Positions 47,869 to 61,722 of a DNA stretch of 64,000 nucleotides are shown piece by piece. The position numbers were made by a program, and so were the translations under genes. Positions within the stretch are counted from its first letter, which is position 1. Each line of letters opens with the position of its first letter. Origin of the DNA: Squalus acanthias. Its lineage: Eukaryota. The stretch is from NCBI GenBank assembly GCA_030390025.1, contig CM059431.1:146074001-146138000 (forward strand). The letters run 5' to 3'. Below the pieces are notes generated by a model. The model was not told the origin of the DNA. It ran no database searches and saw only the letters and a list, made by a program, of their open reading frames with translations.

Positions 47869-50800
47869 GTGAGTAGATCATTGGACAGTGACTGAACTTT
47901 CACCTCCGCAAAGTCATTGTCCGTCTAATCCCACGCTTTCTAAACGTGAAACCCTGAGCAACAGAAATTTACAGTCACAATCTATCCTTATAGGTTAGAT
48001 AGAATAAAGCTCCCTCTACACTGTCCCATCAAACACTCCCAGGGCAGGTACAGCACGGGTTAGATACAGAGTAAAACTCCAGTCTTGACCCTGTCCTCAG
48101 CCCGAGGCTCAGAACACTGCTGGCTAATGCCCGAGACTGTTATTGTCCTGTCCCCACACCAGGCGCTCTGTGTTCTCCCTCAGTGAGATCGTCGCACAGG
48201 CCTGAATTAGGGTAAATTCCCCGCGCGGTTACAGCCAGTAGGGGCTGGAGTGGATCATAGGAACAGGAGGAGGCCATTCAGCCCCTCGAGCCTGTTACAC
48301 AGGAACAAGAGGAGGCCGTTCAGCCCCTTGAGCCTGTTACACAGGAACAGGAGGAGGCCATTCAGCCACTCGAGCCTGTTACACAGGAACAGGAGGAGGC
48401 CGTTCAGCTCCTCGAGCCTGTTACAAAAGAACAGGAGGAGGCCATTCAGCCCCTCGAGCCTGTTACACAGGAACAGGAGGAGGCCATTCAGCTCCTCGAG
48501 CCTGTTACACTGGAACAGGAGGAGGCCATTCAGCCCCTCGAGCCTGTTACACAGGAACAGGGGGAGGCCATTCAGCTCCTCGAGCCTGTTACACAGGAAC
48601 AGGAGGAGGCCATTCAGCCCCTCGAGCCTGTTACACAGGAACAGGAGGAGGCCATTCAGCCCCTCGAGCCTGTTACACAGGAACAGGAGGAGGCCATTCA
48701 GCCCCTCGAGCCTGTTACACAGGAACAGGGGGAGGCCATTCAGCTCCTCGAGCCTGTTACACAGGAACAGGAGGAGGCCATTCAGCCCCTCGAGCCTGTT
48801 ACACAGGAACAGGAGGAGGCCATTCAGCCCCTCGAGCCTGTTACACAGGAACAGGAGGAGGCCATTCAGCCCCTCGAGCCTGTTACACTGGAACAGGAGG
48901 AGGCCATTCAGCCCCTCGAGCCTGTTACACTGGAACAGGAGGAGGCCATTCAGCCCCTCGAGCCTGTTAGACAGGAACAGGAGGAGGCCATTCAGCCCCT
49001 CGAGCCTGTTACACTGGAACAGGAGGAGGCCATTCAGCCCCTCGAGCCTGTTACACTGGAACAGGAGGAGGCCATTCAGCCCCTCGAGCCTGTTACACAG
49101 GAACAGGAGGAGGCCATTCAGCCCCTCGAGCCTGTTACACTGGAACAGGAGGAGGCCATTCAGCCCCTCGAGCTTGTTACACAGGAACAGGAGGAGGCCA
49201 TTCAGCCCCTCGAGCCTGTTACACTGGAACAGGAGGAGGCCATTCAGCCCCTCGAGCTTGTTACACAGGAACAGGAGGAGGCCGTTCAGCCCCTCGATCC
49301 TGTCCTTGGTCACAGCCATTGGGGGCTGGATTTCGCTTGTTCCATTATCCGCTCACCCTCACCCGACTTCTCTCTGTTCCTCCCCAGATGTTTATCTTTG
49401 AGCAGGAGAATTTCCAGGGCCGCTGCATGGAAGTATCCGGAGAATGCATGAATGTCTGCGAGGTGGGCTTCGAGCACGTTCGATCGGTGCGAGTGGACTG
49501 CGGACCGTAAGGACACATCTTCCTCTGAACCTTGGGTGGGATGGGAATCCGCGAGCAGCTGGGAGGGATCCGGAGATGCTGGGACAAAGTGCCTGCTTAT
49601 AATTCGCCTCTCATATCCCAAAGGGCTGCTCCGCCAACTGATTACTTTTGAAGTGCAGACTTTAGAGGAAATTCCGGCCGCCGATTTGCACACAGCAAGA
49701 TCCCACAAACAGCAACGTGATAATGACCAGATAATCAGTTTTTTTAGTGATGTTGATTCAGGGTTAAATATTGGCCCCAGGACACCGGGGAGAACCCGAG
49801 TGCGCTTTTTCCAATAGTGGCCGTGGGATCTTTTACATTCACCTGAGAGGGCAGACGGGACTCTCGGTTTAACACTCCTTCGAAAGACGACTCCTTCAAC
49901 GGTGCAGTGCTCCCTCAGTACTGCCCCTCTGACAGTGCGGTGCTCCCTCAGTACTGTCCCTCCGACAGTGCAGCACTCCCTCAGTACTGCCCCTCCGACA
50001 GTGCAGCGCTCCCTCAGTGCTGCCCTTCCGACAGTGCAGCACTCCCTCTGCCCCTCCGACAGTGCAGCACTCCCTCAGTACTGCCCCTCCGACAGTGCAG
50101 CGCTCCCTCAGTACTGCCCCTCTGACAGTGCAACGCTCCCTCAGTACTGCCCCTCCGAATGTGCAGCGCTCCCTCAGTACTGCCCCTCCGAATGTGCAGC
50201 GCTCCCTCAGTACTGTCACTGCGATAGTGCAGTGCTCCCTCGGTACTGTCACTGCGATAGTGCAGTGCTCCCTCGGTACTGCCCCTCTAACAGTGCAGCG
50301 CTCCCTCAGTATTGCTCCTTCAACAGTGCAGCGCTGCCCAGTACTGCCCCTCCGACAGTGCGTCGCTCCCGCTGTACCGAGTCTCCGACAGTGCGGCACT
50401 CCCTCAGTAACCGCCCCCCCCCCCTCCAACAGTGCAGTGTTCCCAGAGTACTAGCCTGATGACACTGCAGCACTTCTTCAGTACTGCCCCTCTGACAATA
50501 AGCACTCCATCAGTAATCCCCATCCAATAATGCAGCACTCCCTCAATACTGCCCACCAACGGTGCAGCGTTCCCTCAGTACTGCCCCTCCGACAGTATAT
50601 GGTGAGAAGCTGGGTAGGTGGGATTGAAGGATGTGATGAGAAGGTGGGTAGATGGGGTTAAGGATGGGGAGAAGGAGGGTAGGTGGGGTTAAGGGATGGG
50701 GAGAAGGAGGGTAGGTGGGGTTAAGGGATGGGGAGAAGGTGGGTAGGTGGGGTTAAGGCATGGGGAGAAGGCGGGTAGGTGGGGTTGGGGATGGGGAATG

Positions 50801-53800
50801 GGGAGAAGTAGGGTAGGTGGGGTTGGGGGATATGGGGAGAAGGTAGGTAAGTTGGGTTGGGGAAGGGGAGAAGGTGGGTAGGTGGGGTTAAGGCATGGAG
50901 AAGGCGGGTAGGTGGGGCTGATCGATCAGGGAGAAGGAGGGTAGGTGGGGTTGAGCGATCGGGGAGAAGGTGGGTAGGTGGGGTTAAGACATGGGGAGAA
51001 GGTGGGTAGGTGGAGTTAGGGGATATCAGAGAGCTTAAAGGGTCGAATATGTTAATTCTTAAGATCTGAGGAGCAGGCTCGAGGGCCATATGACCGCATC
51101 CAGGTCTTATATCTTGTGTTGTGAGATGTACAAATGTCTGAGGCAGCACTAATTCCTACCTTTCTTGCAGGTGGGTTCTCTACGACAAATGCAGTTTCTC
51201 CGGTGAGATGTTTATCTTGGAGAAGGGTGAATTTCCTCGATGGGATTCCTGGTCCAACAGCTATAGAAATGACTACATCATGTCATTCCGACCCGTCCGT
51301 ATGGTATGCTCAACACCACCTACCCGCCTTCTCCTCAATCCCTCAACCCCACCTACCCACCTTCTCCCCGATCCCTCAACCCCACGTACCCGCCTTCACC
51401 CCGATCTCTCAACCCCATGTACCCACCTTCTCCCCAATCCCTCAACACCACCGACCCACCTTCTCCCTGATCCCTCAACCCCACGTACCCACCTTCTCCC
51501 CAATCCCTCAACACCACCGACCCACCTTCTCCCTGATCCCTCAACCCCACGTACCCGCCTTCACCCCGATCTCTCAACCCCATGTACCCGCCTTCACCCC
51601 GATCTCTCAACCCCACGTACCCGCCTTCACCCCGATCTCTCAACCCCACGTACCCGCCTTCACCCCAATCTCTCAACCCCACCTACCCACCTTCTCCCCG
51701 ATCCCTCAACCCCACCTACCCTCCTTCTCCTCAATACCTCAACAACACCTACCCTCCTTCTCCCCGATCGATCAACCCCAACAACCCACCTTCTCCCCGA
51801 TCGATCAACTCCACGTACCCTCCTTCTCCCCAATCCGTCAACCCCACCTACCCGCCTTCACCCCAATCTCTCAACCCCACCTACCCACCTTCTCCCCGAT
51901 CTCTCAACCCCACCTACCCACCTTCTCCTCAATCCCTCAACAACACCTACCCTCCTTCTCCCCGATCCCTCAACCCCACCTACCCACCTTCACCCCGATC
52001 CCTCAACCCCACCTACCCACCTTCACCCCGATCTCTCAACCCCACCTACCCACCTTCTCCCCGATACCTCAACCCCACCTACCCACCTTCTCCCCGATAT
52101 CTCAACCCCACCTACCCACCTTCTCCCCGATATCTCAACCCCACCTGCCCACCTTCACCCCGATCCCTCAACACCACCTACCCACCACCTCCTCAATCCC
52201 TCAACCTCACCTACCCGCCTTCACCCTGATCCCTCAACCCCACCAACACACCTTCTCCTTAATCCCTCAACAACACCTACCCTCCTTCTCCCCGATCGAT
52301 CAACCCCAACTACCCTCCTTCTCCCCGATCGATCAACTCCACGTACCCTCCTTCTCCTCAATCCCTCAACAGCACCTACCCGCCTTCACCCCGATCTCTC
52401 AACCCCACCTACCCAACTTCTCCCCAATCCCTCAACCCCACCTACCCACCTTCTCCCCAATCCCTCAACCCCACCTACCCGCCTTCTCCTCAATCCCTCA
52501 ACCCCACCTACCCACCTTCTCCCCAATCCCTCAACCCCACCTACCCGCATTCTCCCCAATCCCTCAACCCCACCTACCCGCCTTCACCCCGATCGATCAA
52601 CCCCAACTACCCTCCTTCTCCCCGATCGATCAACCCCACGTACCCACCTTCTCCCCGATCCCTCAACCCCACCAACCCTCCTTCTCCCCGATCCCTCAAC
52701 CCCACCTACCAGCCTTCTCCTCAATCCCTCAACCCCACCTACCCACCTTCTCCCCGATCCCTCAACCCCACCTACCCGCCTTCTCCTCAATCCCTCAACC
52801 CCACCTACCCGCCTTCTCCTCAATCCCTCAACCCCACCTACCCGCCTTCTCCTCAATCCCTCAACCCCACCTACCCGCCTTCACCCCGATCTCTCAACCC
52901 CACCTACCCAACTTCTCCCCAATCCCTCAACCCCACCTACCCGCATTCTCCCCAATCCCTCAACCCCACCTACCCGCATTCTCCCCAATCCCTCAACCCC
53001 ACCTACCCTCCTTCTCCCCGATCCCTCAACCCCATCTACCCGCCTTCACCCCGATCTCTCAACCCCACCTACCCACCTTCTCCCCGATCCCTCAACCCCA
53101 CCTACCCACCTTCTCCCCGATCACTCAACGCCACCTACCCTCCTTCTCCCCAATCCCTCAACCCCACCTACCTCCTTCTCCCCGATCCCTCAACCCCACC
53201 TACCCACCTTCTCCGCAATCCCTCCACCCCACCTACCCACCTTCTCCTCAATCCCTACCACCCCACCTACCCACCTTCTCCTCAATCCCTCGATATTAAG
53301 AGGAAACTTGGGGATATGTGGCCAAGCATGGGAGAGGGAATTGGGCAATGACATTCAATAGGTCTCCACGCCGAATGGATAGCAAGCTCGCTACAGAACA
53401 GGAAACAGAGAGTTGGTGTTAAAGGTAGTTACTTAGGCTGGCAAATGTTGGGAAGTGGTGTTCCACAGGATCGGTGCTGGGACCACTGTTGTTCGCCATT
53501 TACATAAATGATTTGGACTCAGGATTCGGAAGGGCAATTTGAAAATTTGTGGAGGACACCAAACTGCAGGGTGTAGTTAAATACAGAGGAGGACTGCGAT
53601 GAAATACAGGAAGAGATTACTAAACTTGCAGAATGGGTGTGTAATTGGCAAATTAACTTCACTATGGACCAGTGTGAGGTGATACATTCTGGTGGGAAAA
53701 ATAAGGAGGTCACATACTCCTTGGAAAATACGAGTCTAAATGGGGATGAGGAGCAGAGGGATCTGGGGGTGCAGATACATAAATCACTAAAGGTGGCGAC

Positions 53801-56017
53801 ACAGGTTAATAAGGCAATTAAAAAATGCAGACAAAGCACTGGGGTTCGTTTCTAGAGGCACAGAATTGAAAAGCAGAGAAATGATGCTAAACTTGTATAG
53901 ACCCTTGGTTAGACCACACCTGTTGCACTGTGCACGGTTCTGGTCTCCATATACCTTAGTTAGACCACACTTGGAGCATTGTGCACAGTTCTGGTCTCCA
54001 TATACCTTGGTTAGACCACACTTGAAGCACTGTGCACAGTTCTGGTCTCCATGTACCTTGGTTAGACCACACTTGGAGCACTGTGCACAGTTCTGGTCTC
54101 CATTTTACAAAAAGGATATAGAGACACTGGAGAAGCTGCAAAAAAGAATTACTAGATTGACACCAGAACTGAGATTTTATACCCATCAGGTAAGACTGAA
54201 CAGGCTGGGGCTCTTTTCTTGAGAATAGAGAAGGCTGAGGGATGACCCATGTCAAACTCTCAGTGCCGAGAGGTTAATAATCAGGTTCACGGCAGCAATG
54301 AGCCAGTCCCTGACCTTTCACCCTCTGGGACCTGGGGTGAAATTCAGCCTCAGAGTGGGTGAAGAGCTCCTCTCCACTGATGGGGGATTGGGTGGGGCAG
54401 TGGGTCAAACACTGACCATTCACACATTGGGTGGGCCACAGAATCATAGAATGGCTACAGCACGGAAGAAGGCCATTCGGCCGGTCGAGCCCATGCCGGT
54501 TCTCAGCTAGTCCCACTCCCCCGCCCTTTTCCCGGAACCCTGCAATTTTTTATCTTTCAGGTGCTTATCCAACTCCCTTTTGAAAGCCATGATTGAGTCC
54601 GCCTCCAGCACCCTTTCAGGCAGTGGATTCCAGATCATAACCACTCGCTGCGTAAAAAAGTTTTTTCTTATGTCGCCTTTGATTCTTTTGCCAATCACCT
54701 TAAATCTGTATCCTCTGGTTCCCAACCCCTCTGCCAATGGGAACAGTTTCCCTCTATCTACCCTGTCCAGACCCCTCATGATTTTGAACTCCTCTGTCAA
54801 ATCTCCTCTCAATCTTCTTTGCTCCAAGGAGAACAACCCCAGCTGCTCCAGTCTATCAACGTAACTGAATCCCTCATCCCTGGAATTATTCTCGTAAATC
54901 TTTTCTGTACCCTCTCTAAGGCCTTCACATCCTCCGGAAAGTAAGGTGCCCAGAATTGGACACAGTATTCCAGTTGGGGCCGGACTAGTGTTTTATACAG
55001 GTTCATCATCATTTCCACGCTTTTGTACTCTATACCTCTATTTATGAAGCCCAGGATCCCGTAAGCCTTTTTAACTGCTTTCTGAACCAGCCCTGCCACC
55101 TTCAATGATTTATGCACACACACCCCCAGGTCTCTCTGTTCGTGCACCCGCTTTCAGACACTGACATTTACACACTGAGAATGAAGGAGAATTGCCTAAA
55201 CCGTTCAAATTTGACGCCTTCTCCCAGGATCCGCAACAGCACAAGATCTGCCTGTTCGAAATGCCGGGACACGAGGGTCGCAAGATGGAAATCCTGGATG
55301 ATGACGTCCCGAGTCTGTATTCATACGGTTTCACCAATCGAGTGGGCAGCATCACTGTAACCTGTGGAACGTGAGTACAAAGCAATCCTGCAGATCTCAT
55401 TTCAGGGTCCGCCGCCACTGAAAGGTGACAGACTGGCACATGGAGAGTGTCAAATACCCCAACCAGGGGCAGAGAGAGACAGGGAGAGTGTCCAATACCC
55501 CAACCAGAGGCAGAGAGAGACAGGGAGAGTGTCCAATACCCCGACCAGAGGGAGAGAGAGACTGAGAGTGTCCAATACCCCGACCAGAGGGAGAGAGAGA
55601 CTGAGAGTGTCCAATACCCCAACCAGAGAGAGAGAGAGAGACTGAGAGAGAGACTGAGAGTGTCCAATACCCCAACCAGAGAGAGAGAGAGAGACTGAGA
55701 GTGTCCAATACCCCAACCAGAGAGAGAGAGAGAGACTGAGAGAGTCCAATACCCCAACCAGAGAGAGAGAGAGAGACTGAGAGAGAGAGAGAGAGAGACA
55801 GAGAGAGAGAGACTGAGAGAGTCCAATACACCAACCAGAGAGAGAGAGAGAGAGAGAGACTGAGAGAGTCCAATACCCCAACCAGAGAGAGAGAGAGAGA
55901 GAGACTGAGAGTGTCCAATACCCCAACCAGAGAGAGAGAGAGAGAGAGACTGAGAGTGTCCAATACCCCAACCAGAGAGAGAGAGAGAGAGAGAGACTGA
56001 GAGTGTCCAATACCCCA

Positions 56018-56064
<47 letters not shown>

Positions 56065-56131
56065 AGAGTGTCCAATACCCCAACCAGAGAGAGAGAGAGA
56101 GAGAGAGAGACTGAGAGTGTCCAATACCCCA

Positions 56132-56174
<43 letters not shown>

Positions 56175-56265
56175 AGAGTCCAATAACCCAACCAGAGAGA
56201 GAGAGAGAGAGAGAGAGACTGAGAGAGAGAGAGAGAGAGAGAGACTGAGAGAGTCCAATACCCCA

Positions 56266-56300
<35 letters not shown>

Positions 56301-56359
56301 AGAGAGTCCAATACCCCAACCAGAGAGAGAGAGAGAGACTGAGAGAGTCCAATACCCCA

Positions 56360-56396
<37 letters not shown>

Positions 56397-56414
56397 AGAG
56401 TGTTCAATACCCCA

Positions 56415-56481
<67 letters not shown>

Positions 56482-56499
56482 AGAGAGTCCAATACCCCA

Positions 56500-56544
<45 letters not shown>

Positions 56545-56679
56545 TCCAATACCCCAACCAGAGAGAGAGAGAGAGAGAGAGACTGAGAGAGTGTCCAATA
56601 CCCCAACCAGAGAGAGAGAGAGAGAGAGAGAGAGACTGAGAGAGTCCAATACCCCAACCAGAGAGAGAGAGAGAGAGAG

Positions 56680-56715
<36 letters not shown>

Positions 56716-56733
56716 AGAGAGAGAGAGAGAGAG

Positions 56734-56769
<36 letters not shown>

Positions 56770-56967
56770 AGAGAGAGAGAGTGTCCAATACCCCGACCAG
56801 AGGGAGAGAGAGACTGAGAGTGTCCAATACCCCAACCAGAGAGAGAGAGAGAGAGACTGAGAGAGAGACTGAGAGTGTCCAATACCCCAACCAGAGAGAG
56901 AGAGAGAGACTGAGAGTGTCCAATACCCCAACCAGAGAGAGAGAGACTGAGAGAGTCCAATACCCCA

Positions 56968-57002
<35 letters not shown>

Positions 57003-57191
57003 AGAGAGAGAGAGAGAGAGAGACTGAGAGTGTCCAATACCCCAACCAGAGAGAGAGAGAGAGAGAGACTGAGAGTTTCCAATACCCCAACCAGAGAGAG
57101 AGAGAGAGAGAGAGAGAGACTGAGAGTGTCCAATACCCCAACCAGAGAGAGAGAGAGAGAGAGAGAGAGACTGAGAGTGTCCAATACCCCA

Positions 57192-57226
<35 letters not shown>

Positions 57227-57295
57227 AGAGTGTCCAATACCCCAACCAGAGAGAGAGAGAGAGAGAGAGAGAGACTGAGAGTGTCCAATACCCCA

Positions 57296-57330
<35 letters not shown>

Positions 57331-57348
57331 AGAGAGTCCAATACCCCA

Positions 57349-57383
<35 letters not shown>

Positions 57384-57427
57384 AGAGAGAGAGAGAGAGA
57401 GAGAGACTGAGAGAGTCCAATACCCCA

Positions 57428-57464
<37 letters not shown>

Positions 57465-57647
57465 AGAGAGTCCAATACCCCAACCAGAGAGAGAGAGAGA
57501 GAGAGAGACTGAGAGAGTCCAATACCCCAACCAGAGAGAGAGAGAGAGAGAGAGAGAGACTGAGAGTGTCCAATACCCCAACCAGAGAGAGAGAGAGAGA
57601 GAGAGAGTGAGAGAGAGAGAGAGAGACTGAGAGAGTCCAATACCCCA

Positions 57648-57682
<35 letters not shown>

Positions 57683-57739
57683 TCCAATACCCCAACCAGA
57701 GAGAGAGAGAGAGAGACTGAGAGAGTGTCCAATACCCCA

Positions 57740-57778
<39 letters not shown>

Positions 57779-57796
57779 AGAGAGTCCAATACCCCA

Positions 57797-57831
<35 letters not shown>

Positions 57832-58044
57832 AGAGAGAGAGAGAGAGAGAGAGAGACTGAGAGAGAGAGAGAGAGAGAGAGACTGAGAGAGAGAGAGAGA
57901 GAGAGAGAGTGTCCAATACCCCAACCAGAGAGAGAGAGAGAGAGAGACTGAGAGAGTGTCCAATACCCCAACCAGAGAGAGAGAGAGAGAGAGAGAGACT
58001 GAGAGAGTCCAATACCCCAACCAGAGAGAGAGAGAGAGAGAGAG

Positions 58045-58110
<66 letters not shown>

Positions 58111-58357
58111 AGAGAGAGAGAGAGAGACTGAGAGAGAGAGAGAGAGACTGAGAGAGTCCAATACCCCAACCAGAGAGAGAGAGAGAGAGAGAGACTGAGA
58201 GAGAGAGAGAGAGAGAGAGATAGACTGAGAGAGAGAGAGAGAGAGAGACTGAGAGAGAGAGAGAGAGAGACTGAGAGAGAGAGAGAGAGAGAGAGACTGA
58301 GAGAGAGAGAGAGACTGAGAGAGAGAGAGAGAGAGACTGAGAGAGTCCAATACCCCA

Positions 58358-58388
<31 letters not shown>

Positions 58389-58486
58389 TCCAATACCCCA
58401 ACCAGAGAGAGAGAGAGAGAGAGAGAGAGACTGAGAGAGAGAGAGAGTGAGAGAGATAGACTGAGAGAGAGAGAGAGAGAGACTGA

Positions 58487-58518
<32 letters not shown>

Positions 58519-58886
58519 CTGAGAGTGTCCAATACCCCAACCAGAGAGAGAGAGAGAGACTGAGAGTGTCCAATACCCCAACCAGAGAGAGAGAGAGAGA
58601 CTGAGAGAGTCCAATACCCCAACCAGAGAGAGAGAGAGAGACTGAGAGAGAGAGAGAGAGACAGAGAGAGAGAGACTGAGAGAGTCCAATACACCAACCA
58701 GAGAGAGAGAGAGAGAGAGAGACTGAGAGAGTCCAATACCCCAACCAGAGAGAGAGAGAGAGAGAGAGACTGAGAGTGTCCAATACCCCAACCAGAGAGA
58801 GAGAGAGAGAGAGAGAGACTGAGAGTGTCCAATACCCCAACCAGAGAGAGAGAGAGAGAGAGAGACTGAGAGTGTCCAATACCCCA

Positions 58887-58925
<39 letters not shown>

Positions 58926-59218
58926 AGAGTGTCCAATACCCCAACCAGAGAGAGAGAGAGAGAGAGACTGAGAGTGTCCAATACCCCAACCAGAGAGAGA
59001 GAGAGAGAGAGAGAGAGACTGAGAGTCCAATACCCCAACCAGAGAGAGAGAGAGAGAGAGAGAGAGACTGAGAGAGAGAGAGAGAGAGAGAGAGACTGAG
59101 AGAGTCCAATACCCCAACCAGAGAGAGAGAGAGAGAGAGAGAGAGACTGAGAGAGTCCAATACCCCAACCAGAGAGAGAGAGAGAGAGAGAGAGAGACTG
59201 AGAGAGTCCAATACCCCA

Positions 59219-59253
<35 letters not shown>

Positions 59254-59271
59254 AGAGTGTCCAATACCCCA

Positions 59272-59311
<40 letters not shown>

Positions 59312-59354
59312 GAGAGAGAGAGAGAGAGAGAGACTGAGAGAGTCCAATACCCCA

Positions 59355-59413
<59 letters not shown>

Positions 59414-59474
59414 TCCAATACCCCAACCAGAGAGAATGAGAGAGAGAGAGACTGAGAGAGTGTCCAATACCCCA

Positions 59475-59513
<39 letters not shown>

Positions 59514-59795
59514 AGAGAGTCCAATACCCCAACCAGAGAGGGAGAGAGAGAGAGAGAGAGAGCGAGAGAGACTGAGAGAGAGAGAGAGAGAGAGAGACTG
59601 AGAGAGAGAGAGAGAGAGAGAGAGACTGAGAGAGAGAGAGTGTCCAATACCCCGACCAGAGGGAGAGAGAGACTGAGAGTGTCCAATACCCCAACCAGAG
59701 AGAGAGAGAGAGAGACTGAGAGAGAGACTGAGAGAGTCCAATACCCCAACCAGAGAGAGAGAGAGAGAGAGAGACTGAGAGAGTCCAATACCCCA

Positions 59796-59836
<41 letters not shown>

Positions 59837-60080
59837 AGAGAGAGAGAGGGAGAGACAGAGAGAGAGAGACTGAGAGAGTCCAATACACCAACCAGAGAGA
59901 GAGAGAGAGAGAGAGACTGAGAGAGTCCAATACCCCAACCAGAGAGAGAGAGAGAGAGAGAGAGACTGAGAGTGTCCAATACCCCAACCAGAGAGAGAGA
60001 GAGAGAGAGAGAGACTGAGAGTGTCCAATACCCCAACCAGAGAGAGAGAGAGAGAGAGACTGAGAGTGTCCAATACCCCA

Positions 60081-60119
<39 letters not shown>

Positions 60120-60184
60120 AGAGTGTCCAATACCCCAACCAGAGAGAGAGAGAGAGAGAGAGACTGAGAGTGTCCAATACCCCA

Positions 60185-60223
<39 letters not shown>

Positions 60224-60264
60224 AGAGAGTCCAATACCCCAACCAGAGAGAGAGAGAGAGAGAG

Positions 60265-60298
<34 letters not shown>

Positions 60299-60365
60299 AG
60301 AGAGTCCAATACCCCAACCAGAGAGAGAGAGAGAGAGAGAGAGACTGAGAGAGTCCAATACCCCA

Positions 60366-60400
<35 letters not shown>

Positions 60401-60418
60401 AGAGAGTCCAATACCCCA

Positions 60419-60455
<37 letters not shown>

Positions 60456-60473
60456 AGAGTGTCCAATACCCCA

Positions 60474-60507
<34 letters not shown>

Positions 60508-60544
60508 GAGAGAGAGAGAGAGACTGAGAGAGTCCAATACCCCA

Positions 60545-60579
<35 letters not shown>

Positions 60580-60640
60580 TCCAATACCCCAACCAGAGAG
60601 AGAGAGAGAGAGAGAGACTGAGAGAGTGTCCAATACCCCA

Positions 60641-60679
<39 letters not shown>

Positions 60680-60786
60680 AGAGAGTCCAATACCCCAACC
60701 AGAGAGAGAGAGAGAGAGAGAGAGAGACTGAGAGAGAGAGAGAGAGAGAGAGACTGAGAGAGAGAGAGACTGAGAGAGAGAGAGAG

Positions 60787-60836
<50 letters not shown>

Positions 60837-60977
60837 AGAGAGAGAGAGTGTCCAATACCCAAACCAGAGAGAGAGAGAGAGAGAGACTGAGAGAGTGTCC
60901 AATACCCCAACCAGAGAGAGAGAGAGAGAGAGAGACTGAGAGAGTCCAATACCCCAACCAGAGAGAGAGAGAGAGAG

Positions 60978-61011
<34 letters not shown>

Positions 61012-61178
61012 AGAGAGAGAGAGAGAGAGAGACTGAGAGAGAGAGAGAGAGAGACTGAGAGAGAGAGAGAGAGACTGAGAGAGTCCAATACCCCAACCAG
61101 AGAGAGAGAGAGAGAGAGAGACTGAGAGAGAGAGAGAGAGAGAGAGATAGACTGAGAGAGAGAGAGAGAGAGAGAGAG

Positions 61179-61218
<40 letters not shown>

Positions 61219-61569
61219 AGAGAGAGAGAGAGAGAGAGACTGAGAGAGAGAGAGAGACTGAGAGAGAGAGAGAGAGAGTCCAATACCCCAACCAGAGAGA
61301 GAGAGAGAGAGAGAGAGTCCAATACCCCAACCAGAGAGAGAGAGAGACTGAGAGAGAGAGAGAGAGAGATAGACTGAGAGAGAGAGAGAGACTGAGAGAG
61401 TGAGAGAGAGAGAGAGAGAGACTGAGAGAGAGAGAGAGAGAAAGAGAGACTGAGAGAGAGAGAGAGAGAGAGAGACTGAGAGAGAGAGAGAGAGAGAGAC
61501 TGAGAGAGTCCAATACCCCAACCAGAGAGAGAGAGAGAGAGAGAGAGACTGAGAGAGTCCAATACCCCA

Positions 61570-61604
<35 letters not shown>

Positions 61605-61686
61605 AGAGTGTCCAATACCCCAACCAGAGAGAGAGAGAGAGAGAGAGAGAGACTGAGAGAGTCCAATACCCCAACCAGAGAGAGAG

Positions 61687-61722
<36 letters not shown>

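Noticed and set aside
48250..49401. 383/354-aa repeat ORFs
   Set aside because: 42-bp minisatellite that is open by chance.
51134..53361. ~720-aa proline-rich (extensin/mucin-like) ORFs
   Set aside because: They read through from the crystallin exon into a stop-free 33-bp minisatellite; the real exon ends at the GT donor at 51304.
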